Shown here one piece after another: positions 61,859 to 64,000 of a stretch of 64,000 nucleotides of DNA. The translations under genes were made by a program, and so were the position numbers. This DNA is from an uncultured delta proteobacterium (GTDB taxonomy: Bacteria > Myxococcota_A > Polyangia > Polyangiales > Polyangiaceae), in the NCBI GenBank assembly GCA_963716725.1, contig CAVQUB010000009.1, forward strand, positions 96,001 through 160,000. Reading direction: 5' to 3'. Position 1 is the first letter of the stretch. Every line of letters begins with the position of its first letter. The notes beneath the pieces are model-generated. The model was not told the origin of the DNA and searched no databases. It worked only from the letters and a program-made list of their open reading frames with translations.

Positions 61859-63355
61859 ATGCGCCCTTCGCGATCGACCCTCGCATCCATCGTTGCCTTG
61901 CTGCTCGCGGGCTGTGTGGGCGGCTCCACCGACACCAGCGCCCAGGACAAAGAACGCCTGAAGGCCCAGGTCATCGACAAGGTCCCGGACGACGTTCCGG
62001 CAAAGCTGAACATCAACTTCGACGGCAAGGTCACGCTGGTCGGAGCCAAGGTCTCGCCCGAGGGAGTGGCCCGCCCGGGCACCCAGGTGAAGATCACGAT
62101 GTACTGGCGCGCCGACAAGAAAGTCGACGCCGGCTGGAACCTCTTCACCCACGTGCTCGACGGCTCCGGCGAGCGCATCCTCAACATCGACAACGTCGGC
62201 CCGTTGCGCGAGTGGAAGGGCGACAAGCAGGTGCTCGGGCCCAGCCAGTGGGAACCCGGCAAGATCTACGTCGACGAGCAGGATTTCACCATCCCGAACA
62301 CGGTGAAGACCGACAAGATCCAGTTCACGACCGGCCTCTGGCGCGATAGCGATCGCATGAAGATCGTGGGCGGCCCGGCCGACCGCGAGAACCGCGGCAT
62401 CGTGGCCAACATCTCGACGGGGGGCCCGGCAAAGCCGGTCGGTCCCGAACCCAGCACCCGGGTGCCCACGCTGCGCGTCGACAAACTCGACAAGGGCGTG
62501 AAGATCGAGGTCAACGGCAAGCTCGACGAGCCGGCCTGGGCCGCGGCGCCGAGCACCGGCCCCTTCGTCGACGTCAGCAACGGTCGCCCGAGCGCTGGCT
62601 TCCCGGTGAGCGGCAGCGTCAAGCTGCTCTGGGACGACCAAAACGTCTACCTCGGCTTCGAGGTGAAGGATCCAGACATCGTCAGCGGCTTCGACAAGAA
62701 GAAGAAGGACCCGCACCTCTGGACCCAAGACACCGTCGAGATCATGGTCGACCCCGACGGGGACGGCGACAACAAGGACTACTACGAGATCCAGGTGAAC
62801 CCCGAGGGCCTGGTCTTCGACTCGCACTTCGACGAGTACAACTCGCCGAAGAAGGATCCCGACGGCCCACCCCTTCGGGTATCACGAAGCGCGTCCTTCG
62901 GGCATCAGGACTGGGAAGCCAAGCTGAAGAGCGGGATCACGGTCAATGGCACCCTCGACAAGCCCGGCGACAAGGACGACGGCTACGTGATCGAGCTTTC
63001 GATCCCCTGGAAGAGCTTCGGCAAGGCCAAGAGCGCACCGCCCAAGACCGGCGACATCTGGCGCATGAACTTCTACGCGATGCAGGAGAACAACGGCGTC
63101 GCGTGGAGCCCGATCTTGGGCCAAGGCAACTTCCACCGGGCGTCGCGCTTCGGTCGCGTGATGTTCGCCGACAAGGCCTTCGTGCCGCCGCTGCCCTTCG
63201 GTGCGCCGACGGCCGCCCCCGTGCTCGCTCCGCCGCCTCCGGCGCCGCCGGCTTCCGGCGCCGCGCCCGCGGGCAGTCTCAAGCCGCTGCTCCGCCTCGC
63301 GCCCGGGCTGCTCCGTCAGCCCAAGCTGCCGACCTTGCCGCCGCCGCAGCCGTGA
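61859..63355 (+). CDS. Lipoprotein with CBM9-like sugar-binding domain
   Basis: Lipobox AGC; G.LDEPAW, LLWDD..VYLGF.V.D, D.VEI.VDP, YYEIQVNP, E..IPW. Confidence 0.8.
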   Translation: MRPSRSTLASIVALLLAGCVGGSTDTSAQDKERLKAQVIDKVPDDVPAKLNINFDGKVTLVGAKVSPEGVARPGTQVKITMYWRADKKVDAGWNLFTHVLDGSGERILNIDNVGPLREWKGDKQVLGPSQWEPGKIYVDEQDFTIPNTVKTDKIQFTTGLWRDSDRMKIVGGPADRENRGIVANISTGGPAKPVGPEPSTRVPTLRVDKLDKGVKIEVNGKLDEPAWAAAPSTGPFVDVSNGRPSAGFPVSGSVKLLWDDQNVYLGFEVKDPDIVSGFDKKKKDPHLWTQDTVEIMVDPDGDGDNKDYYEIQVNPEGLVFDSHFDEYNSPKKDPDGPPLRVSRSASFGHQDWEAKLKSGITVNGTLDKPGDKDDGYVIELSIPWKSFGKAKSAPPKTGDIWRMNFYAMQENNGVAWSPILGQGNFHRASRFGRVMFADKAFVPPLPFGAPTAAPVLAPPPPAPPASGAAPAGSLKPLLRLAPGLLRQPKLPTLPPPQP

Positions 63356-63360
63356 GTCGC

Positions 63361-63417
63361 GAGCGCCGGCGGGCGCTCCAGGCACCGGCGGCGATCGCCA
63401 GCCACCACCCGGTGGCT
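63361..63417. terminator. GC-rich hairpins between convergent genes
   Basis: gagcgcc-N4-ggcgctc and agccacc-N4-ggtggct. Confidence 0.3.
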
Positions 63418-64000
63418 ACTTCAAATACTCCCCCCGATCGCTGCGCGGACCGCCCGCCTTCTCGCCGCCACGATCCCCGTTGATGGGCTTGTCGTGCCAG
63501 AACTCCCACTCGCGTTTGCCCCAGTGCCACGACGCGAAGGACAGGCGTGTGTCGCTGACGCGCACGACGCCAAAGCTCCACTGATTGTGCTTGGTGGATC
63601 CGACGTTGTACACGTCGATGCCCTCCCACTGATAGCGCCCGGACGCGTGGTAGTGGCCGTGAAAGATCGCGACCACGTTGTAGCCAAAGAGCACCCGGGC
63701 CAGATCCGCGCGGTAGCGCGCGTCGCCGAACCAGTTGTTGGTCGAGTAGGGGCCGCGCAACGCGAAGTGCAAGTAGATCACCACCGGGCGATCCTTTCCG
63801 ACGCTCGCGAGATCCTTTTCGAGCGAGGCCAGACCGTCTCCGTCCGGGGCCTCACCCAGACAGATCACGCGCAAGTCGTCCCAATCGAAGGCGTAGCGCG
63901 TACCGCCGTGCCGCTCGCGGATTCGATCCAGCGTGTGCCAACTGTGGTGCTTGTCGTGGTTGCCGTGCCCCTCGAAGACCGGAAAACGCAGGCGACCATC
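63416..64000 (-). CDS. Calcineurin-like metallophosphoesterase (5' part outside window)
   Basis: GNHD, LH, FHGHYH motifs. Confidence 0.85.
   Translation of the reverse strand, partial: DGRLRFPVFEGHGNHDKHHSWHTLDRIRERHGGTRYAFDWDDLRVICLGEAPDGDGLASLEKDLASVGKDRPVVIYLHFALRGPYSTNNWFGDARYRADLARVLFGYNVVAIFHGHYHASGRYQWEGIDVYNVGSTKHNQWSFGVVRVSDTRLSFASWHWGKREWEFWHDKPINGDRGGEKAGGPRSDRGEYLK

Overview
GC-rich bacterial DNA whose gene content points to a myxobacterium, most likely Polyangiaceae-like (inferred from several Hanks-type Ser/Thr kinases, an FHA-sigma54 activator, TPR/PEGA-type proteins and many Gly-linker Cys-rich lipoproteins). There are about 58 CDS. Housekeeping or metabolic genes include preT-like, ychJ, suhB, tatA, a Leu-type dehydrogenase, an acyl-CoA synthetase, rpoH, rsmI, ffh and an MMPL transporter. 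They are interspersed with envelope and signalling genes. I saw no rRNA, tRNA, CRISPR array or intact transposase. Main structures: (1) an apparently self-contained sigma54 regulon at 27.3-31.8 kb, in which an FHA-activator is flanked by two lipoproteins that share an unrecognised 6-Cys minidomain and each carry a -24/-12 promoter and a TGGACT-N8-AGTCCA-type site at almost the same distance; (2) three kinase/pseudokinase + TPR-GxF cassettes, two of them beside a 'CSxILG[IL]D' lipoprotein, suggesting a repeated trans-envelope signalling system; (3) TANNNT boxes 6-7 nt before many start codons, suggesting leaderless mRNAs; (4) two decayed toxin loci (yjjJ/HipA-like and ParE-like). Frameshifts in preT, ffh, MMPL and one lipoprotein are most simply sequencing or assembly errors.
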